The position numbers and the translations under genes were made by a program. Positions 22,975 to 33,989 of a DNA stretch of 64,000 bases are shown in pieces; position 1 is the first letter of the stretch; every line of letters starts with the position of its first letter. Where the stretch lies: NCBI RefSeq assembly GCF_006345805.1, contig NC_043000.1:76322001-76386000 (forward strand), written 5' to 3'. The notes below the pieces were generated by a model, which had not been told where the DNA came from, made no database searches, and worked only from the letters and a program-made list of their open reading frames with translations. Source of the DNA: Octopus sinensis (taxonomy: Eukaryota).

Positions 22975-25900
22975 ATATATGTATCATGGCTCGGCTTCGC
23001 AAACGAAGATCAGGAAGGCTGTTCACGTCGTGTGCATGCACGCTCATGACTGACAAGTCCGATGGGAAAGGCAGGTCCGTGAGCAGTGTCCACAGACGAA
23101 GGTAACATCCGGTGTGGTGTCAGAGGTGGCTCGCACCTACCTCCTGCATCTCTTGTCTTTAAGTGTGTCTCTTCCTTGTTCCTCAAACTTGCTGACTGCG
23201 TTGAAGATCGTGTGGCGCCAGACATCACGGTCCGCAGCCAGGTCTGACCAGCATTGGTGGTTAATTTGACATGCTGTTAGAGACTTCTTGAGGTAGTCTT
23301 TATAGCGCTTCCTCGGAGCTCATCTCCCTCGGTGGCTGGTGGAGAGTTCGCCAAACAGGGCAATCTTTGGAAGTCGATGGTTCTCCATTCTGGAGACATG
23401 CCCTGCTCATCGGAGGTGGTATTTCAGTAGCGTGGCTTCAATGCTGGGGATCTTGGCCCGCTCCAAGACTTCAATATTTGTGACAAAGTCACTCCAGTGA
23501 ATGTTGAGGATGGTGCGGAAACATCGCTGGTGGAAGCGCTCGAGGAGATGGATGTGACTGCGGTAAGTGATCCAGGTCTCTGAGCCGTAGAGAAGAGTGT
23601 TGAGAACCACGGCCCTGTAGACTCTGATCTTTTGTTTTGTTCTTCAGGCCACCATTGTGCCAAACACGTTTGTATAATCTGCCAAAGGAGCTATTTGCCT
23701 TAGAAAGTCTATTGTCAATTTCCTTGTCGATCCTTGCATCGGACGAGATGATGCAGCCCAGGTATGTAAACTGCTGTATTGATTTCAGTTCAGTACCGCA
23801 GATAGTGATGTGGAGTGGCCGGTATTCTTCTTGGGGTGTAGGTTGGTGAAGTACCTCCATCTTCTTGAGGCTGACCTCCAGCAAGCCAAAGAGCTGCGAG
23901 GCGTCTGCAAAGCAGGACGTGATGCACTGCAGAGCTCGCCCTGTGTGGGCAACAAGGACAGCGTCGTCTGTGAAGAGAAAGTCTCAGATCAACCTCTCCT
24001 GTGTCTTGGTGTGGGCTTGGAGGCGCTGTAGATTGAAGAGACTGCCATCCAGATGATACCTAACATACACCCCATCCTCATCCTCCATACCTTCAGTTGC
24101 ATGCTTGATCATCATGCTGAAGAGAGTCGGTGCCAGGACACAACCCTGCTTCACACCGTTGGAAATGGGGAAGGGCTCCGATAGGTCAACATTGAGTCTG
24201 ATCTGACCACGCTGATTCTTGTGCAGCTGGATCACCATCTGTAGAAACTTGGTGGGACAGCCAAGTCATTCCAGGATGAGCCATAGTCCTGTCCTGCTCA
24301 CTGTGTCAAATGCTTTTATAAGGTCCGACGAAAGTAGCATAGAGTCTCCTGTTTTGTTCTTGGTACTTCTCCTGGAGTTGGCGGAGGATGAACACCATAT
24401 TCGTTGTGCTTCTGTTGGCTCTGAAGCCACACTGACTCTCAGGGAGGTTTTCTTCAGCGATGGTTGGTACTAGCCTATTGAGCAGGATCCTGGCAAGTAC
24501 TTTGCCGGCAATAGAGAGTAGGGTGATTCCCCGGTAGTTGGAGCAGTCAGACTTTTCACCCTTGTTCTTGTACAGGGTTATGATGACAGTGTCGTGAAGA
24601 TCCTGTGGCAGCTTGCTCTACTCCCAGCAGCAGACAAGAAAATCATGGAGCTTGACATGGTGCATCGGACCTCCATTCTTCCAGATTTCTGGTGAGATGC
24701 CGTCAACTCCTGCTGCTTTGCGACTCTTGAGTTGTCCTATAGCTTCAATCGTTTCTTTGAGGGTGAGTGATTCGTTGAGCTCCTCTTTGAGTGGAAGTTG
24801 AGGAATGTGAAGGATGGCAGCGTCCTGTACAGTGCGGTTAGCACTGAAGTGGCTTTGGAAGTGCTTGGTACTTCTCCTGGAGTTGGTGAAGCGAGCGAGG
24901 ATGGAGGTGTTATCAGTGAGGAGGTCCTGTCCATCTGAACTGCGTAGGGAACTCTGGACCTGGTGGGTGGGGCCATACAGTTTTCAGAGCCTCGTAGAAG
25001 CCTCTATAGTCTCTGAGGTCAGCACACAGCTGGGTTCTCCGTGAAAGGTGGTCCCACCACTCATTCTGCATTTCTTTGAGTTTTCGCTGCGGGGTGCTGC
25101 ATGCTCGCTGAAAGGTAGTTTTCTTCTCAAGACAGGCTAGTTGTGCGAGGTGGGCCTGATGAGCTGCCCTCTTCCTTGTTAGTAATTCCTGGATCTCCTT
25201 GTCATTTTCATCGAACCAGTCCTTGTTTTTTTTCTTTGTGTGTCCAAGTACTTCCATAGATGTCTTAAGAATGGCTGATTTCAGGTTCTCCCACAAGGTG
25301 TCTGGGGTGGTGTCATCAGTGCAGGGGGATTCATCTAGTCTTTGCTGCAGGTTTGCTTGGAACTTGATTTTCACTTCCTCCCGGCACAAGCTATCGACAT
25401 TGAGTTTCTTTATGAGGTTACCTTTCTTCTTGAGTTTGGTTTTGAACTGCAGTTTGAGCTTGCAGTGGACAAGGCGTTGGTCAGAGTGGCACTCTGCACT
25501 GGGCATCACTCTTGTGTGTAGGACGTCTTTCAGGTCCTTCTGGCACACAAGCACATAGTCAAGTAGATGCCAATGTTTGGACCGGGGATGCATCCAAGTT
25601 GTTTTCAGACGGTCTTTCTGTTGGAAGATTGTGTTGGTAATAGCAAGTTGGTGCTCTGTGCAGAACTCGAGCAGAAGGTGCCCGCTGTCATTACTGCCAC
25701 CAATGCTGTGTCTTCCAAGGACTCCTTTCCAAGCCTCAGAGTCCTTCCCAACTTTTGCGTTGAAGTTGCCAAGGATCAAGACCTTGTCGTTTGCAGGGGT
25801 GTTGTTCAAGAGTCTATGCAGATCAGAATAGAAGCTGTCTTTGTCCGCGGGATCTGCCAGTAGAGTTGGAGCATAAACACTGAAGAGAGTGAGATGTTGT

Positions 25901-26790
25901 TTGCTCTCCAGTGGTAGGCACATGGATATGATGCGGTCCGAGTGGCCCGTGGGTAACGTTTCCAGTTTGGAGGTGATGGAATTCCTCACCATGAGTCCTA
26001 CACCCAACACATTTTTCAGATGATAGTTTTCTGGACCAGAAGAGGGTGTAGCCAGCGCCGCGTTCTTTGAGGCTGCCCTTGTCAGCGAAGCAGACCTCAC
26101 TGAGAGCTGTTATGTCAATGTTGAGACAGGAGAGTTCATGGGCTGTGAGAGCCGAACGACGTTCCGGGCGGCTGCTGTCAGCCTTGTCAAGCATGCTCCT
26201 GACGTTCCAGCAGGCAACTTTCAGCTCCTGCTTAATTTTCTTCGGTTTTGTTTCCATGTTTGTTCGACCGCTCTGAAGATGCCCGTTGACCACAGTTAGC
26301 CAACTGGGTATAGAGGAGAACCTTTTCTACCGCTCCTCTCCATGTGGAGCAGGCAGTGCTCTCCCTAAATAGGGCTGCCTGGTCGCTCAGGATGCTGCTG
26401 AGTGGTGTCGTCACCTCCGGGTTGACAACAAGGCGACCAAAGTCCTGAGCCACCTACATGTAGGGTTGAGACTACGGCTTCCAGTGACATCTTCCACCTG
26501 CCACTTTCGCCCCTTTCCCATCGCTGCAGGGCTTTTAGGATGGCTGGTCACAGAACGTGGACATGTCCTTTGACCTGTGCTAGGGAGTTTTTTAAGGTGA
26601 AGTGCAGTGCACGCAAACTGGCCCCACCCTTTAAGCACAAGGTTCATCTGCCATGGCCTAGCGAGCTGGGACAGTGACAGTGAGAACCGCGGGTCGTAGG
26701 TTTCAAGTCGGAGTCATCCTATCCCAGGAGGGTTGCCAACCATGGCTGACGAGCCCCTCCTGCCCATGCCATCCAAACCAAAATGTGTTT
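22975..26790 (-). mobile_element. Near full-length, frameshifted RTE/BovB-like LINE
   Basis: Endonuclease region VACWNVRSMLD, VYAPTL, ILGNFNAKVG, WHLLDYVLV, SDQRLV. RT region GVKQGCVLAPTLF, LLYGSETW. Long 5'UTR at ~26300-26790. Confidence 0.9.
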
Positions 26791-26861
26791 TTGTTTGTGC
26801 ATATGTTGATATGGGTAATTCGAGATGTGTTCACAGAAATGATCAAGTGTTTTGTTCTTAC

Positions 26862-28195
26862 CTTAGTTTCTAATGCAAACACCAGAGACACACGACTACA
26901 AGAACTAAAAGATACCCTCATCACCAGGAACTACCCACCTTCACTTATTGACATATGCATTCAACATCCAGGAACTCAGACATCCTAAATTAAAGAAAAA
27001 TTTACAACCAAAAGCCTTACCACACATCTCCACACACAACCCTCTCAACAATGAAGCCTTCAACACCATCCTCCAAAACATACCCCTGCTAAAAAAAGAC
27101 CACAGAATGAACATAATCCTCCAAACACACACGATCATAAAAAGCAAGAGACAGCCCAAATCTATGAAAAGTCTCCTAACACAAGCCCAAATACGCTCAT
27201 CAACACAGAAGCCGACAGTAAAAAAATGTGGAAGACCCAATTGCGGGATATGCGATTATCTAATTGAGGGATCAAAGTTCTCCTTCAAACAGGGACAACG
27301 GTTCACAGTGAAAAGCAACTTCACATGTGCTTTGGAGAACCTGATAGACACACTAACCTACTCTGGGTGTCAAGAGCAATACATAGGCCAAACAAAAAAT
27401 AGTTTGCGTAAAAGAATGGCCCTGCACAGATCCCAGATAAAAATTTCCCAAAACAGAAAAATAGCATTCAGCCAACACATAGAGATTTGTGCCAACAACA
27501 AAACACCAAGCTTCAGGATTTCCCCCATCTACCAATTCAGGGACGATACAACCTGGAGCCAACGAATAAGTAAAGAAACTCTCTTTATTACATAATACAG
27601 GCCCCTTCTGAACAGTAAATGATATATCCACCTCAGCTTTAGAATAACACAAATACACATGCAAATATTACATTCCTAAGAAAATTCCATTAAAAATCAG
27701 CCCCAATCGCAGCTATAACCTATAATGTGCCAACTTTAAGTCATACAACACCTTCTTCTTCTCCTCCTCCTCCTTCTACTTCCTAACTTTATCACTAATG
27801 CTTTTTAGTATAACACCTAAGCAAATTCTATAAACAAACCTTTCAATAGAAATATTCTCATGAATTGAACAACAACTGCTAGCCATCACTGACCACTCAA
27901 AATACAACAATCAAGGCACTCCCAAATTCTCCCCCCTTCTCACCCTCCTTCTTCCCTACCAAGAATTCACAACCCACAAGTGTAAACAAGAGAGACAGAG
28001 AAAGGCAGAAACAAAGAAAATGCCACTTATATTTGAACACTATACAAATATTCTTTTAAAAAAACTTTTCTTTTAATTTTTCTAAATTTAATTATTTAAT
28101 CGTTACAGTTGAAAAGGTCTCAAATGACTGAAACCGGTACTGAGAAATGTTCTTTATAAAATTATTTTAGCATTTTTCTATCTTGACTTGTTTTT
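26862..28195 (+). mobile_element. Penelope-like element family A, 5'-truncated (thumb, GIY-YIG, 3' region)
   Basis: ORF 26948-27595 reads CGRPNCGICDY...NLIDTLTYSGCQEQYIGQTKNSLRKRMALH (Zn motif plus GIY-YIG). Homologous to 33990-35870 and 60044-61495. Confidence 0.9.
28106..28142 (+). ncRNA. Minimal hammerhead ribozyme motif (U3-A8 variant), family A
   Basis: CAG UUGAAAA GGUC-UCAAAU-GACU GAAA CCGGUA CUG. Stem I CAG/CUG, palindromic stem III ACCGGU. Confidence 0.65.
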
Positions 28196-28211
28196 TCATA
28201 TATATATATAT

Positions 28212-29520
28212 ATAACGGGAAGCTTTATGAAAATAGACAAAAGACGAAGGCAGGTTTACGGAAATAAACAAAAGACGAAGGCAGGTGGAATACAAACAAA
28301 CAATTGTATTAGTATGGCGCTCAGGAAATATAAATAAAACAAGTCTTTAACGTTTCGAGCCTACGCTCTTCAACAGAAAGATACACAGAGAAAAAACACA
28401 GAAAGAAGGAGAGAAAAAAATATGCATGCAGAGGCTAGCGAATCAACATGGCGATCTGATTTCGGCCAGAAGTCAAAGATCAAACGTGAGACGCAAGAGC
28501 GAAATTAGGGGAGATAATAGGGTTAAATGACCCCGCTCCAACATAAGAGTGTGTGTGTGTGTATGAGAAGAGTGTGTGTGTGTGTATGAGAGAGTATTAG
28601 TACGTATGAGAGGTCTGGACGTGTGTATGTATATATGATGTGATGTGTAAAGTCGTATGGTGTAGTGTAGAGAGAGGAGATGAGGGGGGAGGTAATGGGG
28701 AGGGGGAGAAAGAAAGGGGAGAAGAGAAGAGGAGGGGGAGAAGGAAGAAGAGGAGGAGGGAGGATAGAGGGGGAGAGAGAGAGAAGGGGAGTGAGGGAGC
28801 AGAGAGAGAGAAGGGGAGTGAGGGAGCAGAGAGAAAGAGGGAAGAAGGAGGGAGGGAGAAAGAGGGAAGAAGGGAAGAGGAGTAGGGGTGAAAGGATGAA
28901 GGACTGAAGAGAAGTAGGGGTCGGGGGGATTAGATGAGGGGGGAGGGGGGAAGTTGAGACCAAATGGCGTATAAGAGCGAAGAGAGAAGATTAATTCCTG
29001 TTCACGGCGTAAACGGGAATCCGGATGGCCTCTGTGTAAGGACAAACCGAACACAGACAGGTGTTGCAAGGAGTGACCGGTGGAGCGGAAATGGCGTGAG
29101 ACCGGTGTGTCATTCGCAAGGCGGATGTCACGAAGGTGTTCCGCAAACCGGTCAGCCAAGCGGCGTCCCGTTTGTCCGATGTACAGGGAATGGCAGAGAG
29201 AGCAAGAGATGCAATAGATAATATTGCTGGAGGTGCAGGTGAAGGAGTTGATGATGCGATAGGGTCGATGATGGGTGCCAGTGAGGAGGGTGGTGTTGGA
29301 GAGGTAAGGGCAAGTGCGGCAACGTGGGCGGGAGCAGGGGAACGAGCCAGGTTGGGAGGTAGAGTCAGGGAAGGAGCTATGGACCAAAAGGTCTCGAAGG
29401 TTATGGGCTCATTTGAAAGAGGGGAGGGGTCGGTTAGGGAAGAGGTGTGAAGTGGACGGGTCGGACTGGAGATGACGGAAAGCTTGAAGAATGGTGCGTT
29501 GGAGAGGTAGGGTCGTGGGG
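28212..29520 (-). mobile_element. Penelope-like element family B (GC-rich), GIY-YIG and 3' region
   Basis: ORF 28473-29387 reads PCSRPRCRTCPY...FTCTSSNIIYCISCSLCHSLYIGQTGRRLADRFAEH...PFGLN, followed by a CT-rich tract and the terminal region. Confidence 0.9.
28345..28380 (-). ncRNA. Minimal hammerhead-like motif (A6U variant), family B
   Basis: The - strand reads CUUU CUGUUGA A GAGC-GUAG-GCUC GAAA CGU U AAAG. Stem I CUUU/AAAG, stem II GAGC/GCUC, palindromic ACGU. Confidence 0.55.
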
Positions 29521-30253
29521 TGGTAAGTTAGGGTTTTCAAATCAAACTAAGTTCCTGTGTGAAAAGTTTTGACCATTTTATAGTGGTATTGAGTTTGTAG
29601 TGGTGGGGAGGAATATAAGACAGTACAAGAGGGTGATATATGTATAAATTAAATTAGAAATAAAACCACTATTAGGCAAATCAATGAAAAACATAAACTA
29701 AAACATAACAATAAAAATAATTAATATAATATACAAAATATATAAAATATAAAATTAAAAATTTAAATTATTTAAATTTAAAATTAAAATTATTAATTTA
29801 TATTTATAAATTTATACATATATATATTTAAATATATATAACTATCAAAAAGTATTAAAAAGTTTAATATAAGATAAAAACTAAAACCACTACATACGTT
29901 TCATGCCCATAACCTAATTCGAATTACAATAATTTAAATTCAATTAATAATTCGAATTATGGTTATAGTCAATGTTCAGGTTAAAGATAATAGTTAAATA
30001 AATAAGCAAATATATTTAAACAATATTTTTTTTAAGAAATAAATAAAATAATAATTTTTCTTATAAAAAACTCTATTATCAAACTAGAAACTTTAACGAT
30101 TATGATTATGTCATACAATCCAATTATAATGTTAAATATTAATTTTTAAGGTAAGAATAGATAGAAAATGTATTTATCTATTCAGATATAATATGGCTTT
30201 AAAAAAAACATAATAAACTCACGAATAACCTAATCTCAGTTATAGTCAATATC

Positions 30254-30470
30254 TATATAAAATTATAGTAACGCCTCGATGTACGAGTAAATTCATTCCC
30301 AGAGTACGCTTTTATTTTTAAGCTAAAACTCAATATGAATAGTGATTTTTTTAATTATTTTTTTTGTTAAATAATTAGGTAATTACCTAATTGAGTTTTA
30401 GCTTAAAAATAAAAGCGTACTCTGGGAATGAATTTACTCGTACATCGAGGCGTTACTATAATTTTATATA
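30254..30470. repeat. Inverted repeat (81-bp arms), possibly a pogo/Tigger-like MITE
   Basis: 30254-30334 is the reverse complement of 30390-30470. The arm contains TA-TAGTAACGCCTCGATGTACGAG, resembling Tigger-type TIRs. Confidence 0.7.
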
Positions 30471-30837
30471 AATTAATTAATGTTATAAGATTTTTAGAGT
30501 ATACATAGTAATTGGTAGTTATTAATTATTTATTTATTGAATATTAAGTATAATTTAATAGAAATATTAAAATTACTAAGTCTCTCTAAGGAAGAAGAGG
30601 AGGAGGGAGGATAGAGGGGGAGAGAGAGAGAAGGGGAGTGAGGGAGCAGAGAGAGAGAAGGGGAGTGAGGGAGCAGAGAGAAAGAGGGAAGAAGGAGGGA
30701 GGGAGAAAGAGGGAAGAAGGGAAGAGGAGTAGGGGTGAAAGGATGAAGGACTGAAGAGAAGTAGGGGTCGGGGGGATTAGATGAGGGGGGGAGGGGGGAA
30801 GTTGAGACCAAATGGCGTATAAGAGCGTTACTGGAAA

Positions 30838-31149
30838 TTAATAGTTATCGCCATACTAATGTGGCAGTCTTATAAATATAAGACTAAAGCTGTCGCTGGT
30901 TAGCTCCAAGAGGCCACCGCCTCAAGCTAGCTATTTGACACACGAACCTGCATCCATTACGAGCCTTCGAACTGTAGCTGTCTGACTGGCAGGATGAAGC
31001 GGCTGACCTCCCTTGTTTGAAGGCTTGTAATGGACGCAGGTTCGTGTGTCAAATAGCTAGCTTGAGGCAGTGGCCTCTTGGAGCTAACCAGCGACAGCTT
31101 TAGTCTTATATTTATAAGACTGCCATATTAGTATGGCGATAACTATTAA
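30838..31149. repeat. 312-bp hairpin (135-bp arms, 42-nt loop)
   Basis: 30838-30972 is the reverse complement of 31015-31149 with few mismatches. Confidence 0.9.
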
Positions 31150-32223
31150 GTATAATTTATTATTGTTATTTTAATAATAAATCTTATAGTATAGAGTGGT
31201 TCTCTTCTTTAATTGTAACTTCATTCTATTTACATTTATTGTTAAACCATAGCTTTTTCCATTGACAATTTTAATCCACAATTTTCATTGATAAAATATA
31301 TTCGTAGATTTTCACTGTTAAAGAATTCTTCATATATTTATTCTATTTTTGTTAATAATGTAATTCCACGAGTATTCTTATAAATGCAAAGCTAAGTAAT
31401 CTATTTCTATTTAAGATTTAAAAATTTAAAATATTTTAATAAGTCTTATTGTCTAATGTTGTATTCTATATAAATACTGATTGTTATGTAATGGTTTAGT
31501 TATCGAAGTTATGTATAATTATTAGATTTTAACTCTAAATTTATTTGTAAGACTTTACTTAGCCAAAGAGATATATAGATCGTTAATAGTAATACGATAT
31601 TTTAAAGTTAGGTTTCATGTCTACACATTTATTAATAGCATAAATTTTAGTCTTTAATCACTATATTTGTTGATAGTTATTTAGTTATTATTTTTAAATA
31701 TTTTATAATTATTAGATGTGTGCTTAAATCTAATATATGAATAACGATTTTTTAGTTAAATAATTTGGTAATTAAATTTTTGGACTATAACTGAGTTAAG
31801 GATATTGGTGAGTTTATTATGTTTTTTTATATATTCATAAATATCTCTAATAGTTGACTTTGTTCTATTATAGCTTATATATAGCTATTTTCAATTGATA
31901 ATTTGTAGTAGTATTTTTCATTGATAAATATATTCGTAGTATTTATTGGATACTATATAACTAAGGATTGATAATTTCATTGTATAAGTATTTAGTTGTT
32001 GAAGATATGTATTTCATTATTTCATTAGTAGTTCTTAACTATACGTTTTTTGTAAGTTATTAATTAGCCAACGAGATATATGGATCATTAAATAGTTATA
32101 GGGTTCTTTTAAGATAGTTTATTTGTTTACAATTTGCTTTTTCATTTTTAATCTTTTAATTTTTAATATATTTCATAAGTAATAATGAATAATTAATTTA
32201 TTTAGTTTTTTATTATATGTATA

Positions 32224-32647
32224 GGCGCAGGAGTGGCTGTGTGGTAAGTAGCTTGTTTACCAACCACATGGTTCCGAGTTCAGTCCCACTGCGTGGCACC
32301 TTGGGCAAGTGTCTTCTACTCTAGCCTCGGGCCAACCAAAGCCTTGTGAGTGGATTTGGTAGACAGAAACTGAAAAGAAGCCCGTCGTATATATGTATAT
32401 ATATATATATATGCGTATGTGTGTTTGTGTGTCTGTGTTTGTCCCCCTAGCATTGCTTGACAACCGATGCTGGTGTGTTTATGTCCCCGTTACTTAGCGG
32501 TTCGGCAAAAGAGACCGATAGAATAAGTACTGGGCTTACAAAAAGAATAAGTCCCAGGGTCGAGTTGCTCGATTAAAGGATCTGCTCCAGCATGGCCACA
32601 GTCAAATGACTGAAACAAGTAAAAGAGTAAAAGAGAGAGTAAAGAGT
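32224..32647 (+). mobile_element. Full-length tRNA-derived SINE
   Basis: A-box-like GTGGCTGTGTGGT and B-box-like GAGTTCAGTCCC, an internal (TA/TG) tract and an (AAAGAGT)n tail. Inserted in a TA tract; multiple copies in the window. Confidence 0.88.
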
Positions 32648-33235
32648 ATATATATTTATTGATAGAGATAATTTTAGATCTTAATTCTTATATTTATATA
32701 TATTTATTGATAATTTAGTTATTATTCAAATATTTTATAATTATTTGATTTGAACTTAAATTTAATAATATGAATAGTGATTTTTTTGATTATTTTTTTG
32801 TTAAATAATTAGGTAATTAGATATTGACTATAACTGAGATTAGGTTATTCGTGAGTTTATTGTTTTTTTAAAGCCATATTATATCTGAATAGATAAATAC
32901 ATTTTCTATCTATTCTTACCTTAAAAATTAATATTTAACATTATAATTGGATTGTATGACATAATCATAATCGTTAAAGTTTCTAGTTTGATAATAGAGT
33001 TTTTTTATAAGAAAAATTATTTTATTTATTTCTTAAAAAATATTGTTTAAATATATTTGCTTATTTATTTAACTATTATCTTTAACCTGAACATTGACTA
33101 TAACCATAATTCGAATTATTAATTGAATTTAAATTATTGTAATTCGAATTAGGTTATGGGCATGAAACGTATGTAGTGGTTTTAGTTTTTATCTTATATT
33201 AAACTTTTTAATACTTTTTGATAGTTATATATATT

Positions 33236-33319
<84 letters not shown>

Positions 33320-33375
33320 TGATTGATTGATTGATTCTAGTTTCAGCTCATGAGCTGTGGCCATGCTGGGGCACC

Positions 33376-33444
<69 letters not shown>

Positions 33445-33989
33445 TTATAAATATAAATTAATAATTTTAATTTTAAATTTAAATAATTAAATTTTTAATT
33501 TTATATTTTATATATTTTGTATATTATATTAATTATTTTTATTTTTATGTTTTGGTTTATGTTTTTCATTGATTTGCCTAATAGTGGTTTTATCTCTAAT
33601 TTAATTTATATTTATACTGTGAAATCCTAAATCTAATTTTTCCCTATAAGTTTGGATTTACTCCCTAATATTATTATTATTATATATATAATAAGAAAGG
33701 GTAAAATTAATTAATTAAGAAGTAATCAATAATTTCACCAAGTAGAATTTCTTATATTTCTTGAGTTTGTTGCACTGACGAACATGAAATGCATATTCTG
33801 CATTAAATGCGAAATCACATGTGATATGTAACTGAATTCTTTTTTTAAAATGATGTGTTTTGAAGTTTTGCATTCGGTAAAATTTTGTTTATTTTTAGTA
33901 GTTTTGACCGCATTGGTCCCTCTTAGCGTGTTGGTATCTACGAATAGTAGTACCCTCAATATAATATTAAAAAATAAGTATATATATAT

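Larger units (their letters stand above)
29643..33690. mobile_element. Large AT-rich fold-back element with nested insertions
   Basis: 29643-30255 is the reverse complement of ~32817-33610 (the right arm is interrupted by a (TA)n/SINE stub at 33240-33440). Termini are shared with 8209-8490. Confidence 0.85.

Noticed and set aside
26300-26790. Possible HDV-like ribozyme in the RTE 5'UTR
   Set aside because: A GGTCA../..TGACC helix is visible, but I could not fit the full nested double pseudoknot by eye. It needs an RNArobo/Infernal search.
32224-32300. Possible tRNA gene
   Set aside because: Only A/B-box-like motifs are present and they continue into a multi-copy SINE body; no full cloverleaf.
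29643-33690. Possible mitochondrial insertion (NUMT or control region) because of extreme AT content
   Set aside because: No recognisable cox/cob/nad/atp motifs, rRNA or mt-tRNA, and the termini are shared with a nuclear repeat at 8209-8490.
33774-33795. CTGACGA-ACAT-GAAA hammerhead-like string
   Set aside because: There is no room for stem II and no stem I or III pairing.
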